From positions 1 to 26,577 of IMG/VR virus record IMGVR_UViG_3300033232_000154: DNA of 26,577 nucleotides. One strand, 5' to 3'. The notes beneath the pieces were generated by a model. The model made no database searches. It saw only the letters and a program-made list of their open reading frames with translations, and was not told where the DNA came from. The DNA is from a virus. Its lineage: Duplodnaviria; Caudoviricetes. Made by a program: the position numbers and the translations under genes. Shown one piece after another: positions 1-9,010 of the stretch (positions are counted from its first letter, which is position 1; the number at the start of each line of letters is the position of its first letter).

Positions 1-2
1 TA

Positions 3-260
3 GTGCTGATGAGAGACGATGGTTCGGAGCAGCCTATTGAAGAGATGATCGAAGCCCCGGCAGCATCACAGGACGATCCAGAAGATACCGAGTTCCACTA
101 CAAGAGCTGGTGGAACCAGTTCCGAGGCCCCTGGCTACAGTCGGAGAAAATGACCGAGGATGAGATCAAGACAAAAGCTGACGATGCCTGGGAGTGTGGA
201 GACTACAAGGAGATGATCAACCTGATGGCTGAGCTGATCTGCAGACTCGAAAAGAAGTAA
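3..260 (+). CDS. Hypothetical acidic protein, probably the 3' part of a gene starting before the window
   Basis: Frame is open from the window edge to TAA at 258-260, is followed by a hairpin terminator, and converges on the tail operon. No recognisable motif. Confidence 0.6.
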   Translation: MLMRDDGSEQPIEEMIEAPAASQDDPEDTEFHYKSWWNQFRGPWLQSEKMTEDEIKTKADDAWECGDYKEMINLMAELICRLEKK

Positions 261-282
261 GCTGAAGCTTATCCCTAATCAC

Positions 283-309
283 AACCCGGTTCTGCCGGGT
301 TTCTCTCTT
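283..309 (+). terminator. Intrinsic terminator-like hairpin between convergent genes, possibly bidirectional
   Basis: AACCCGG (283-289), loop TTCTG, CCGGGTT (295-301), then TCTCTCTT. It lies between the stops at 260 (+) and 315 (-). Confidence 0.65.
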
Positions 310-314
310 GGGCA

Positions 315-971
315 TCATTTGGCGAGGGCGATCAGGGTATAAAAAGGCTCGACGGCTGTATATACCTGGCTGATGCTGATAGTGATGACCACAATGTTCC
401 CCTCGATTTTTGCATCAGCAACGTAGAGAAAGGCATCACACTGGTTATTCAGGATGACGTGGGGTAGCTCCTGGTATTCCTTATCCAGAACGTGAGTGAT
501 CATCTTATCATCGAATATGTTGGCCGGGCTGCCCTGGCTGGTGTCTCCCACTCCTTTGGTTTGATCCTGTATCTCATGCTCCAGCTTGGCCAGGTTAAGA
601 ATCTCAGGTGCAAGGTGAGTCTTGGACAGTGAGCCGTTGGCGATTTTGGGACCGGTGACCGCTCCATCCAGGATATGATTGGCATAGATGGAGTTGTTCT
701 GGAGGCCTCTGGCATCAAGCTTGCCGATGATACAGGTCTTGCCACTGAACTGGCCGAGTGGATCTCCCAGGTTATCCCAGAGCTCGTAGAAACCGCAGTC
801 GGCTTCATCTTCGATGCCTATCTCATAGTAGCCTGATTCATCTATGACCTCGATCAGGTTCAGTCCCTCGGCCCAGGATTGGCCAGGCCTTAGTATGCGA
901 ACATCCACTCCAGTTCTGGGCTTACGGACAGTGCCATCCATATAGTAGTAGCTGATGCCATATTTATACAT
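315..971 (-). CDS. Putative tail-tip or short fibre protein
   Basis: Last gene of the tail operon, with SD AAGGAG. Beta-rich N-terminus (GVDVRILRPG..GYYEI..GFYELW) and about three 10-aa repeats (LQNNSIYANH/ILDGAVTGPK/IANGSLSKTH) of the kind seen in phage fibre shafts. Confidence 0.55.
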   Translation of the reverse strand: MYKYGISYYYMDGTVRKPRTGVDVRILRPGQSWAEGLNLIEVIDESGYYEIGIEDEADCGFYELWDNLGDPLGQFSGKTCIIGKLDARGLQNNSIYANHILDGAVTGPKIANGSLSKTHLAPEILNLAKLEHEIQDQTKGVGDTSQGSPANIFDDKMITHVLDKEYQELPHVILNNQCDAFLYVADAKIEGNIVVITISISQVYTAVEPFYTLIALAK

Positions 972-984
972 GTGATCTCCTTTT

Positions 985-1440
985 TTAGGTTAGCGAAGTG
1001 ACCGTCTCGTCAAAGTCGGTGATAATAATGATGCCGAAGTCGATGTAGCCGGGAGAGCCAATGTATCTCGATTCCAGGCTGAACTTGATCTTTACTGGAT
1101 ACTCATGCAGATCATCCGGACACTTGGGGAGTTGGCTTATAGTAACCGGGAACTGGCTATTGATAGTCCCATAAGCTGTGTATTCCAAGTATAGCCTTCC
1201 CTCACCTAAAAGGAAGCCCATCAGATCATAGTATTCATCAGCAGTGAGCACAGCCTCAAGATCAAAAGAGTCTTCCCGGTAGGCATCCCTTCTGTGGATT
1301 ATGGTGGGATCATAAGCGTTCTTCTTCTCAATGCGGTACTTCTTTTGGGGATTGTATTCGACCTGGCCATTAGTACAGGTATAGTAGTGGATAGCCAGGG
1401 TGTCCCAGCGGATGAGCTTCCAGCCTTTTATAACAGCCAT
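985..1440 (-). CDS. Putative distal-tail (Dit-like) or minor tail protein
   Basis: 151 aa, overlaps the upstream tail gene. Size, position and the SFDLEAVLTADEYYDLMGFL strand-helix pattern are compatible with a Dit-like fold (inference). Confidence 0.45.
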   Translation of the reverse strand: MAVIKGWKLIRWDTLAIHYYTCTNGQVEYNPQKKYRIEKKNAYDPTIIHRRDAYREDSFDLEAVLTADEYYDLMGFLLGEGRLYLEYTAYGTINSQFPVTISQLPKCPDDLHEYPVKIKFSLESRYIGSPGYIDFGIIIITDFDETVTSLT

Positions 1441-2915
1441 GCTTTCACCTTGTATTCATCTTCTTGATAGTTCCTCTCCAGTTCGGTAATGGCATAGATC
1501 TGATCTTTGATCCTGATCTTGGCCTGTAGACTCAGGTTGTACTTGTTGAGTTGATCGATGGTAACCTCGCAGCTCCACTTGGCATTGTGAAAGTCGATCA
1601 GATAGTCCCGGACATAGCCTTGAAGCTGCTTGGTATCTCCGGTGAGGACTTCCAGTGTAGTTATCTCCGGCTTCTCTTGGTTGCCTCGCTTGATCAGGAA
1701 GGAGATTACGTCCTCGTCTACGATTTCAATAATGGCAGTAGAGTAGGCATCCTTGTTCTTGAAGACGATTTGGCCTTGGGGATTGCTAAGGATTGTGGCA
1801 TTATATAGCATCAACATAGCCTGGAGCGCTTTGAGGTTATCGGTGTGTTCATCGGTGTAGTTCTCATAGGCCTTGCCAGGATATAGGCGAGCCGGGAAGA
1901 GATTGCCATGAAAGTGAGCCTCGATCCAGTGATTGACGTACTGGCTACTGCCATAGCCACGACCATCCAATACTCCTCCGGAGACCAGTCCGTTATAGAG
2001 AGTGTTCTCGGTGATGCCATACTCGATAAAGAAGCCAATGAACTCATTGGAGGCATTAGCCAGTGAGGTTAGGTCGTCGACCCAGTCGGTGCGTTCATCA
2101 TAATCGATCACGATCGGACAGATGTTGTTGAAGAACTTATAGATGCGGCCACGATAGCGTCCCTGGTACTTGGTAGTTGCAGGACTGGGATAGGTAGCCT
2201 TGATCACCTTCTTATAGGCAAAGACAAAGTTCATGCGGTTGTTCATGGTATCGATCTGATAGCCCCAGTAAGGACCCGGCCAGCCGGAGTTGTCATAGCT
2301 ATAGGTCCAGCCATTGGTAGGATTAGGGAAAGCAAGTAGGTCATCAAAGTCGATATGGGCGATGGTGAGGGCATTGCCGGAACTGATGTTCAGGATTGGC
2401 AGGCTGAACTGATTTGAGTACGGGATGTTGATGGGAATAGTAAACTCAATGTCCTGCAGGAAGTAAGCCAGTATCCATACCGGCAGATAGCCCGCAGTAA
2501 GCGAATAGTAGTGAGTGAGATCAGAGAAGACCGAAAGCAGCTTAATCTTATCGTAACAGGTGATCTTGAGGATACCAGAACTAATGTCGAAGCTCAGTTG
2601 GGAAGTATCGATGATACCCGTAAAAAAGAGAGTGTTATCCCGGTAGACCTTGACCTCGAAGTGCGAGATATAGCGCTCATGTTCATTACTTCCGGAGAGA
2701 ATGTTATCCTGTATCCAGGTGGTGGGAAAGCACTCGAAGATGAGCCTTTTTGGCTCTCTGGAGTAGTTGGAAACCGACTGCAGCTTATCGGCCGAGACAG
2801 ACAGACTGATGATAGATCTATTGGTGGCGGTATCAATCAGGCTGTGCTTGACTTGGTTGTAATCGGTGGCATCGGTCTTGCCTTGAATGAAGTCGATCTT
2901 GAACAGGCTAAGCAT
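1428..2915 (-). CDS. Putative tail-tip hub (Tal-like) protein
   Basis: 495 aa directly after the tape measure. The VKVYRDNTLFFTGIID..LKITCYD N-terminus and KIRIKDQIYAITELER C-terminus resemble baseplate hub beta-barrels. Confidence 0.55.
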   Translation of the reverse strand: MLSLFKIDFIQGKTDATDYNQVKHSLIDTATNRSIISLSVSADKLQSVSNYSREPKRLIFECFPTTWIQDNILSGSNEHERYISHFEVKVYRDNTLFFTGIIDTSQLSFDISSGILKITCYDKIKLLSVFSDLTHYYSLTAGYLPVWILAYFLQDIEFTIPINIPYSNQFSLPILNISSGNALTIAHIDFDDLLAFPNPTNGWTYSYDNSGWPGPYWGYQIDTMNNRMNFVFAYKKVIKATYPSPATTKYQGRYRGRIYKFFNNICPIVIDYDERTDWVDDLTSLANASNEFIGFFIEYGITENTLYNGLVSGGVLDGRGYGSSQYVNHWIEAHFHGNLFPARLYPGKAYENYTDEHTDNLKALQAMLMLYNATILSNPQGQIVFKNKDAYSTAIIEIVDEDVISFLIKRGNQEKPEITTLEVLTGDTKQLQGYVRDYLIDFHNAKWSCEVTIDQLNKYNLSLQAKIRIKDQIYAITELERNYQEDEYKVKAWLL

Positions 2916-2926
2916 GATCTACTTTC

Positions 2927-5905
2927 CTACACTTCACTGCGGATCATCTTACCGGTATCGGCTATCTCGCTTACCTTAACCGGATCGTTGGAGAGAGGAT
3001 CGACATGAACGTCTATTACAGGCTTGGACTCTTTGACCGTCTGCTTAAGTGAGACGATCTCATCTAACATGTTCTCTATAAGGCTCGCCAGCCTATTCAT
3101 ACTGCTTCCACTGGAGATCGCTCCACCTGCGGCATAATATGAGCCCAGAGTGGCCGATAATGGCACAGCTGGAGCTGGCATGCCTGCAAAGGCAAGCTTC
3201 ACTTTATCGAGGGGTGCGAAGTTGAGGAAGTCGAACAGATTCTTGCCCAGGGCCTTGACTCTGTCCTTGGCGGTGATGTACTCGTTACCTTCGGCTTCAA
3301 TCAGGATGCCTCCCTGATCATGAGAGGGTCCGGTTAGGAGTCCGCCAGTGGCTTTCTTTTCGAACTTGGTGGAGGCTATCCGGTTAAGGTTGGCGATACC
3401 TGCGGCCATAGCCGCTGCTGCAGCCGCCACTGCCAGTCCGGGACCTACTACTGGGATGCCCACCATCGACTTATATGCGGCTATGGCAGAGGAGAAGGTA
3501 TCAACGTAACCCTGAGCTATGGCCGAGGCTTTCCAGAGCTTGAAGCCCCGCTCAGTATCCTTATCCTGGGCAGAGGCAAAGTCCCCAAATATCTTGGAGA
3601 GTCCATTGGCTACCTGGAGTTGGTGGTTGGTTCTGAGAGTGGCAAGTGTCTCCTGCTTCTGCCTCTCGATCTCTATTTCTGTGAATCCTGCTTCTAGGAG
3701 CTTGGCTTTCATCTTCTCATAATACTGATCCAACTGGAGCAACTGCTTGCTGTAGCTGTCACCGATGTTGTCCAGATCGCGGGCATAGAACTCGTCTCTG
3801 ATGTCCTGCAGTTCCTGCAGCTTAGCCCGTTCCTCATCCTGCCTCTCTTGCATTAGTTTGGCATGTCTGAGATTGACTTCGTTCAGTTGAGCGGCTATGA
3901 GTATTTGTTCCTTCTCCGGCAGGTTCTCCAGAGCCCAGGCATAGTACTCTTCCATACTGAGCTTGAGTGCATCATAGGAAGAGACTCCGAGGCTCTCCAG
4001 GTTGGAGAAATAGTCGATCTCGGCCTTGTATCGGGCTTGGACAGCATCCTTCTCTTTGGTAGCAAGGTCACTATCCTGCTTCGTCTTCCAGGTACTAAGA
4101 TCGGATAGAGCCTCACGCTCAGCTTCACTGCCATCCTGGGTATAGTCCTGGATCAGGCTGAGTCTTCTCTGGTATTCGGCTTCGATCCTCTCAGTCTCTG
4201 TCTGCCTCAGCCTGGCAAGCTCTTCCATCAAGCGTAACGCTTCCCTGCGTCTGGCTTCGGCTTCAGATGCGGCTGGATTGCTTGCAGGAGAGGATGAGCC
4301 ACCGCCAGAGCCTCCGGTCGAATTAAAGGCCAGATCGGGAGCATCGAGCATAGCTTGACGATAAGCATTGCCTATCTGCTGCAGATCGTTCTTGGCGGCT
4401 TGTAACTGGCCTGTTAGAGCTCCAAACTGGTTAAGGCGTCTTTCGAGTTTAAGCCACTCACCATCGTTACCGAAATAGCTGGCAGGATTGAAGCCCATAG
4501 CATTGGCATCACTGGTTTGGAACTCCCAGTCCACCGAGTTCATCAGTTCTTGCTGCCTGGCTCTGAGTTGGCTGATCTCCGGAAGCTGAGCCTCAATCTC
4601 GATCTGCAGTTCTGCGACCTTGCTGATCTGGGTATTGTACTTCTCTCCGTAGATCTCGGCTATCTTCTTCTGCACCAGGGCATCAGAAGCATTACGTAGA
4701 GCAGTTGCCAGGTTATTGTAGGCAGCGGTCTCCAGATCTATATTGCCCAGGTATTCTGAATAGTTCTCATTCAGAGACTTGATGATGTTCTTCATCTCGG
4801 TCTTATCGGCAGTGGTAAGCGAGGTGGCAGATCTAAGTTCAAGGAGTCGTCTAGCCAGCAGATTGAACTTCTCTGCTTCGACCGAGACCTGCTTCTGAGC
4901 ATCCTTGATCTCGGCATTCATACTCTTCTGGGCAACGGCTACGTTATCTGTCTGCATCGAAGCTGCAGCCAGTCCGAACCCCAGTGCGGATAAGGCTCCC
5001 ACCGCAATACCGATAATCCCTGCTACTGGGTTCATGGCTATCTTGAGAGCATGATAGGCCGCAGTCAAAGCAGTTACCGCAGTGGTGACCGTTCCGATGA
5101 TAGGTATCGCAACTACGATCCCTGCCACGAAGCCTTTCATTACTGGTGAGAGGCTGTTATAGGCATCCATGAGCAGCTTCAGTCCCTTGAGTAGGGGATT
5201 GATCAAGGTTGTCAGCATATCACCCACGGTCTCCTGGATATCTCCCCAAGCATTGGAATTCTGCAGTCTCAGATCAGCTAGGGCTACGGCGGTGCCGCCA
5301 TAGTCCTCGCCAAGCTTCTCCACCAGATAGGATACACCTTCAGTCTTCAAACGAGTATCGTCTAACTCAATACCATAGCGACCCAACATCTCGGTATGGC
5401 CATTCAGTGCCCGACCCATAAGATCAAAAGCGCTCTCAACGCTCATCCCGGTGGCTTTATTGGCTTCAGTGAAGTCTAACAAGACCGGCACAAGCAGCTG
5501 TATCTCATCCTTGTTCAACTTGAAGGTCTGGGACAGCTTGGCCATCAGTGACAGCATCTGCTCATCACCAAAGTTGGTAACGGATTGCATGGATGATGCG
5601 AAGTTAGCCATCTCGCCAGCAGCATCGCCAAAAGCAATGGAAGCCAGGGTCAGAGCCTGTCTCTGCACCAATGAGGCATCGAGCAGGCTATTCATGGACC
5701 TGACCAGACCGCTCACCACCTGGACAACACCATCGACTGCGATCTTTACGTCACGGATCGTAGCCAACGCTTGTTCAGCCGAGACCTTGACCGAGACCGG
5801 CTTCTCTACCGCAGTCTGTGCGGACACCGCCTCCTGCTTGACTTCGGCAAGCTTGAGGTTGGCATCGGTGGTTACGAGGATGAGTTTGAAAGTTAGGTCA
5901 GGCAT
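2927..5905 (-). CDS. Tail tape measure protein (992 aa)
   Basis: Long Ala/Leu/Gln/Glu-rich helical protein with a MGRALNGHTEMLGRYGI motif, hydrophobic stretches, and a C-terminal ATGGLLTGPSHDQGGILIEAEGNEY motif typical of tape measures. Located downstream of tube and chaperone. Confidence 0.92.
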   Translation of the reverse strand: MPDLTFKLILVTTDANLKLAEVKQEAVSAQTAVEKPVSVKVSAEQALATIRDVKIAVDGVVQVVSGLVRSMNSLLDASLVQRQALTLASIAFGDAAGEMANFASSMQSVTNFGDEQMLSLMAKLSQTFKLNKDEIQLLVPVLLDFTEANKATGMSVESAFDLMGRALNGHTEMLGRYGIELDDTRLKTEGVSYLVEKLGEDYGGTAVALADLRLQNSNAWGDIQETVGDMLTTLINPLLKGLKLLMDAYNSLSPVMKGFVAGIVVAIPIIGTVTTAVTALTAAYHALKIAMNPVAGIIGIAVGALSALGFGLAAASMQTDNVAVAQKSMNAEIKDAQKQVSVEAEKFNLLARRLLELRSATSLTTADKTEMKNIIKSLNENYSEYLGNIDLETAAYNNLATALRNASDALVQKKIAEIYGEKYNTQISKVAELQIEIEAQLPEISQLRARQQELMNSVDWEFQTSDANAMGFNPASYFGNDGEWLKLERRLNQFGALTGQLQAAKNDLQQIGNAYRQAMLDAPDLAFNSTGGSGGGSSSPASNPAASEAEARRREALRLMEELARLRQTETERIEAEYQRRLSLIQDYTQDGSEAEREALSDLSTWKTKQDSDLATKEKDAVQARYKAEIDYFSNLESLGVSSYDALKLSMEEYYAWALENLPEKEQILIAAQLNEVNLRHAKLMQERQDEERAKLQELQDIRDEFYARDLDNIGDSYSKQLLQLDQYYEKMKAKLLEAGFTEIEIERQKQETLATLRTNHQLQVANGLSKIFGDFASAQDKDTERGFKLWKASAIAQGYVDTFSSAIAAYKSMVGIPVVGPGLAVAAAAAAMAAGIANLNRIASTKFEKKATGGLLTGPSHDQGGILIEAEGNEYITAKDRVKALGKNLFDFLNFAPLDKVKLAFAGMPAPAVPLSATLGSYYAAGGAISSGSSMNRLASLIENMLDEIVSLKQTVKESKPVIDVHVDPLSNDPVKVSEIADTGKMIRSEV

Positions 5906-5941
5906 TTTGAGATTGACACCTATGATGTTTCTTATTTGATG
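5904..5941 (+). promoter_or_regulatory. Putative sigma70-type promoter for the antisense 87-aa gene
   Basis: Perfect TTGACA at 5913-5918, with a weak -10 candidate TTTGAT at 5935-5940 (16-bp spacer) in an AT-rich context. Confidence 0.45.
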
Positions 5942-5969
5942 TTATTTATCACTTATTAAGGAGATTAAT

Positions 5970-6233
5970 ATGTCTACAACTACTCACTGGTGCGCTAAGG
6001 ACAAACTTGAACATGAGGGAATAGAATACCTCGTATGTCAGAGACAACATATCAATACAATTGGAGTTGTTTACGAAACTGAATACATGATTTTTTCAGA
6101 TGATAACCCTGTTAACTCACAGATTAGCGTAAAACTCAATGCTGAAGAGCTATCCATTATCGAGAGAAGTTCGATTGAATACGTAAGAATGATACAAGCC
6201 TTAGAGGCCGCAACATTCATGAGTAATTCCTAA
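5970..6233 (+). CDS. Hypothetical 87-aa moron-like protein
   Basis: Strong SD TAAGGAG before ATG. AT-rich and antisense to all neighbours. Fills the gap between methylase and tape measure, overlapping the methylase 3' end by 17 nt. Confidence 0.75.
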   Translation: MSTTTHWCAKDKLEHEGIEYLVCQRQHINTIGVVYETEYMIFSDDNPVNSQISVKLNAEELSIIERSSIEYVRMIQALEAATFMSNS

Positions 6234-6996
6234 TCAACAGCTCAATCTCAGTCTGGAAAGCTCCAGACACAGAGTACTGCGTCTCGACTTCCTCAATGAT
6301 GCAGCCCTTGTATAGCTTTCTGATGTAGGGTTCGTTGTTGTATGAGAGCAGGAACTTGCCCTTGATCTGTTTCAAGGTCTCAGCCTGTTCTTCATGCTGA
6401 TTGAAGGCATCAGCGTCTTCCCGGTCATAGATATGCTCCTTGGTGTAGTATGGCGGGTCCAGATAGAAGAAGGTGTTGGGCGTATCGAACCTGGCTACGA
6501 TCTTCTCCCAAGGCTGTTTCTCAATGATCACCTGACGCAGTCTCTTTGAGGCCTCTTTTACCTTGTCCAGATTGCGGAGTGGCATATATTTGTAGCCCTG
6601 ATTGATGCAGAAGTTCTTGGAGCGTGAGCCGTAGCTGCAGGAGAGATTATAATAGAACTTGATCGCCCGTTCAAGCTCAGTCCTGGGCTCATGGTGCATG
6701 AAACTATCGAACATCTCTCTGGAGATAAGGTACTGATTCAACTCGGTAACGAAAGCTTCAGGATGCTGTTTGATATAGCGCCAGAAGTTCACTAGATCGC
6801 CATTGATGTCGTTATAGACCTCAGTATAGCGGCTCTTCTTACTGGTCTGCCAGTCTTCCTTGTTAGCACTCTTACCGAACAATATCCAGGCAGCACCACC
6901 AAAGACCTCGCAGTAGATATCATGCTTGGGGATGAGCGGGAGTATCTTCTTTCTCAGGATACGCTTACCGCCCACCCAGGAGATAATGCTGTTCAT
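6217..6996 (-). CDS. Dam-like (D12-class) N6-adenine DNA methyltransferase, second of a tandem pair
   Basis: WVGGK, EVFGGAA (motif I), YND, FYLDPPY (motif IV) and FLLSYN, in alpha-class motif order. Confidence 0.93.
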   Translation of the reverse strand: MNSIISWVGGKRILRKKILPLIPKHDIYCEVFGGAAWILFGKSANKEDWQTSKKSRYTEVYNDINGDLVNFWRYIKQHPEAFVTELNQYLISREMFDSFMHHEPRTELERAIKFYYNLSCSYGSRSKNFCINQGYKYMPLRNLDKVKEASKRLRQVIIEKQPWEKIVARFDTPNTFFYLDPPYYTKEHIYDREDADAFNQHEEQAETLKQIKGKFLLSYNNEPYIRKLYKGCIIEEVETQYSVSGAFQTEIELLIRNYS

Positions 6997-7754
6997 TGAG
7001 CCTCCAGCTTGAAGTTGGCGATAATCACTTCATTGAACTCAGATTTACCTTCCTTGCGGTTTATCCCTTTGGTTCTGGTAACGTGCTTGATGTCATAGCC
7101 CTTGTAGAGCTTGAGCACCTCAGGGTTGTCATCATAGGATAAAATGAACCTGCCCTTGATCTTCTTGAGTATGGCACACAAGACATCATGACTGAACTGC
7201 TTACTGTTCTCATAGGTGTACCCAAGCATGTAGGGTGGATCGCAGTAGAAGAAGTTGCTCTTGGTGTCATACTTATCGATCACCTTCTCATAGGAGAGGT
7301 TCTCGATGATCACCATATCGAGACGCTTGTGCAGTTCCTTGATGCGTTCCAGGCGGTTATACATACTGGAAGTGCCACGCTTCTGAGATGTGCCGAAGCT
7401 GTCACCCTTACTGCCGAAACTCCTGGTGATCAGATACATGAACCTGGCAGCCCGCTGTATCTCAGTTAATCCTTCCTGCTTGAGGATATCGCCAAAGAGC
7501 TTGCGGCTGGCTACCAACCAGTCCAGTTCCCTGATCAGCTCATCGGGATGGTACTTCACCTGCATGAACAGGTTTACCAGGCGGTTATCGAGATCGTTAT
7601 AGACTTCCAGATCGCCCCACTTGTCCTTGTAGAGGAGCATCCAGGCAGCCCCACCAAAGGGCTCGATGTATCCTTTGATGTCCATGGGAACGTAGGGAGC
7701 GATGACCTTTCTCAGGAGACGTTTACCGCCTATCCAGCCGATGATCGCATCCAT
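6993..7754 (-). CDS. Dam-like (D12-class) N6-adenine DNA methyltransferase, first of a tandem pair
   Basis: WIGGK, EPFGGAA, YND, FYCDPPY and FILSYD. Start placed at ATG 7754 from the SD AAGGAG and the TGATG overlap with the frameshift-frame stop. Confidence 0.93.
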   Translation of the reverse strand: MDAIIGWIGGKRLLRKVIAPYVPMDIKGYIEPFGGAAWMLLYKDKWGDLEVYNDLDNRLVNLFMQVKYHPDELIRELDWLVASRKLFGDILKQEGLTEIQRAARFMYLITRSFGSKGDSFGTSQKRGTSSMYNRLERIKELHKRLDMVIIENLSYEKVIDKYDTKSNFFYCDPPYMLGYTYENSKQFSHDVLCAILKKIKGRFILSYDDNPEVLKLYKGYDIKHVTRTKGINRKEGKSEFNEVIIANFKLEAQ

Positions 7755-7957
7755 CAAACATCTCCTTTGGGGTCGGTGATACAGAGCCGCAGATACAGCT
7801 CAGGTAGTGTGAGAGACTCGAAGTCTTCATTGGTGAAGCCCAGCTTTCTGAGGATCATTTCGAACCTCTCGAAGGGGTATTTGGAGACGCCGTTACCGCC
7901 AATCCGAAACTCCCGAGCCAACTTGCGAACCTCTCTTTGTTGGCTCTGATATAGACG
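7754..7957 (-). CDS. C-terminal extension of the tail assembly chaperone, reached by -1 frameshift (gpGT-like). Absent from the ORF track.
   Basis: The -1 frame after T TTT TTC is open for 67 codons (RLYQSQQREVRKLAREF...LGFTNEDFESLTLPELYLRLCITDPKGDV*). Its TGA at 7756-7754 overlaps the next ATG. Confidence 0.75.
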   Translation of the reverse strand, partial: RLYQSQQREVRKLAREFRIGGNGVSKYPFERFEMILRKLGFTNEDFESLTLPELYLRLCITDPKGDV

Positions 7958-8205
7958 AAAAAAGCGGAGATATGCTCCAGTGCTTCCAGTGCATCCATCT
8001 CGTCGGGATTTCGCCCGGATAGTATCAATATGAGCTCTTTATCCACTTCAGATTCAGAGATCAGTTCAAGCAGTTCCACCTCAGAGACCTTGGCTACCTT
8101 CCCTGAGAGGAAGTCCTCAAGCTTGAGCTTCAGAGTCTGGTTTGAGATTGTGAGGCAGAGTATTTGCCGTAGTTGGCTGTAGCTGAGTTGGGGTTCCTTG
8201 TGCAT
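7855..8205 (-). CDS. Tail assembly chaperone (gpG-like, 116 aa)
   Basis: Acidic helical protein between tail tube and tape measure, containing an in-frame slippery heptamer. SD AAGGA. Confidence 0.75.
   Translation of the reverse strand: MHKEPQLSYSQLRQILCLTISNQTLKLKLEDFLSGKVAKVSEVELLELISESEVDKELILILSGRNPDEMDALEALEHISAFFVYIRANKERFASWLGSFGLAVTASPNTPSRGSK
7957..7963 (-). promoter_or_regulatory. Programmed -1 frameshift slippery heptamer T TTT TTC
   Basis: The minus strand reads GCT TTT TTC (A81-F82-F83), matching X XXY YYZ in the correct phase. Confidence 0.75.
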
Positions 8206-8220
8206 AGAATAGTCCTTTTC

Positions 8221-8421
8221 TTATTTCCCAAAGAACATTTCGAGGGCAATGCCCAGTAAGAGCAGGAATTGCGAGGTGGAGACGGTTAGCAGTATCTTCA
8301 TGTTCGTCTCCACTCTCGCCATTCTGGTTACCAGTGACTTATTGCTGTCACCATTGCCATAGATCTCCTCGTGAACCGAATCGATTTTCTCTTTGATCTC
8401 AGGTTTGCACTGGCAGTCCAT
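8221..8421 (-). CDS. Small membrane protein, possibly an XhlA/holin-like lysis accessory
   Basis: 66 aa with a coiled-coil-like N-terminus containing IYGNG..LVTRMARVE, then one C-terminal hydrophobic segment. Confidence 0.5.
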   Translation of the reverse strand: MDCQCKPEIKEKIDSVHEEIYGNGDSNKSLVTRMARVETNMKILLTVSTSQFLLLLGIALEMFFGK

Positions 8422-8464
8422 AGCTGTTCCTTGTTTCAGAGTGTAATTGCGCAGGGATGTGATC

Positions 8465-9010
8465 CTATACTCCCGGAGGGATATCCTTGAGCAGGTAGAT
8501 CTTATCGGAAGTGATGCCTGAGAACTCGGTGGAGATAACCACGGAGAACAGGCCGTCCGCCTCGCCAGACCAGTCCACGGTCCAGCGCAGTCCGGTGAAG
8601 ATCACTACCCGGTCATAGTCCTTGGAAGTGACCACGATGGTGGTGTCCTTGCTCATGAACAGGGTGCTCTCCAGGAAGTTCTTCTGCTTGGTGGAAAGCC
8701 CGGCGATGTTGAGCTCCACAGTAGAAGTACGCTTGCCCGGAATGGTATAGTTCCTGGTCTTGAGCTTGGACAGTTTCGAATCGGTCTTGCCAGGCTTCTC
8801 GGCCAACTCGCCCAGGAGGTCGAAGTTGGTGGTCAGCTCTAGATTGACCGCAGCTTGAGTGGCATAGAGGGTGTCTATCGAGGTCGGATCGTAGGTCCCG
8901 ATACCGAAGTAGACGAAATCGGCGATCAGGACATCCATCAGTTTATCGAACGATAGATCAGTCTCAGCCATGTTAGTGGGATAGGTGGGCTGTGAGATGG
9001 GAGTGGGCAT
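8465..9010 (-). CDS. Putative major tail tube protein
   Basis: 181 aa, Thr/Ser- and beta-rich (LLGEL..TSTVELNIAGL..VVISTEFSG). Located after the capsid gene and before the chaperone. Confidence 0.65.
   Translation of the reverse strand: MPTPISQPTYPTNMAETDLSFDKLMDVLIADFVYFGIGTYDPTSIDTLYATQAAVNLELTTNFDLLGELAEKPGKTDSKLSKLKTRNYTIPGKRTSTVELNIAGLSTKQKNFLESTLFMSKDTTIVVTSKDYDRVVIFTGLRWTVDWSGEADGLFSVVISTEFSGITSDKIYLLKDIPPGV

Noticed and set aside
4255-4320. Gly/Ser/Pro low-complexity stretch in the tape measure
   Set aside because: Flexible linkers are common in tape measures, and there is no tandem DNA repeat or frame disruption.
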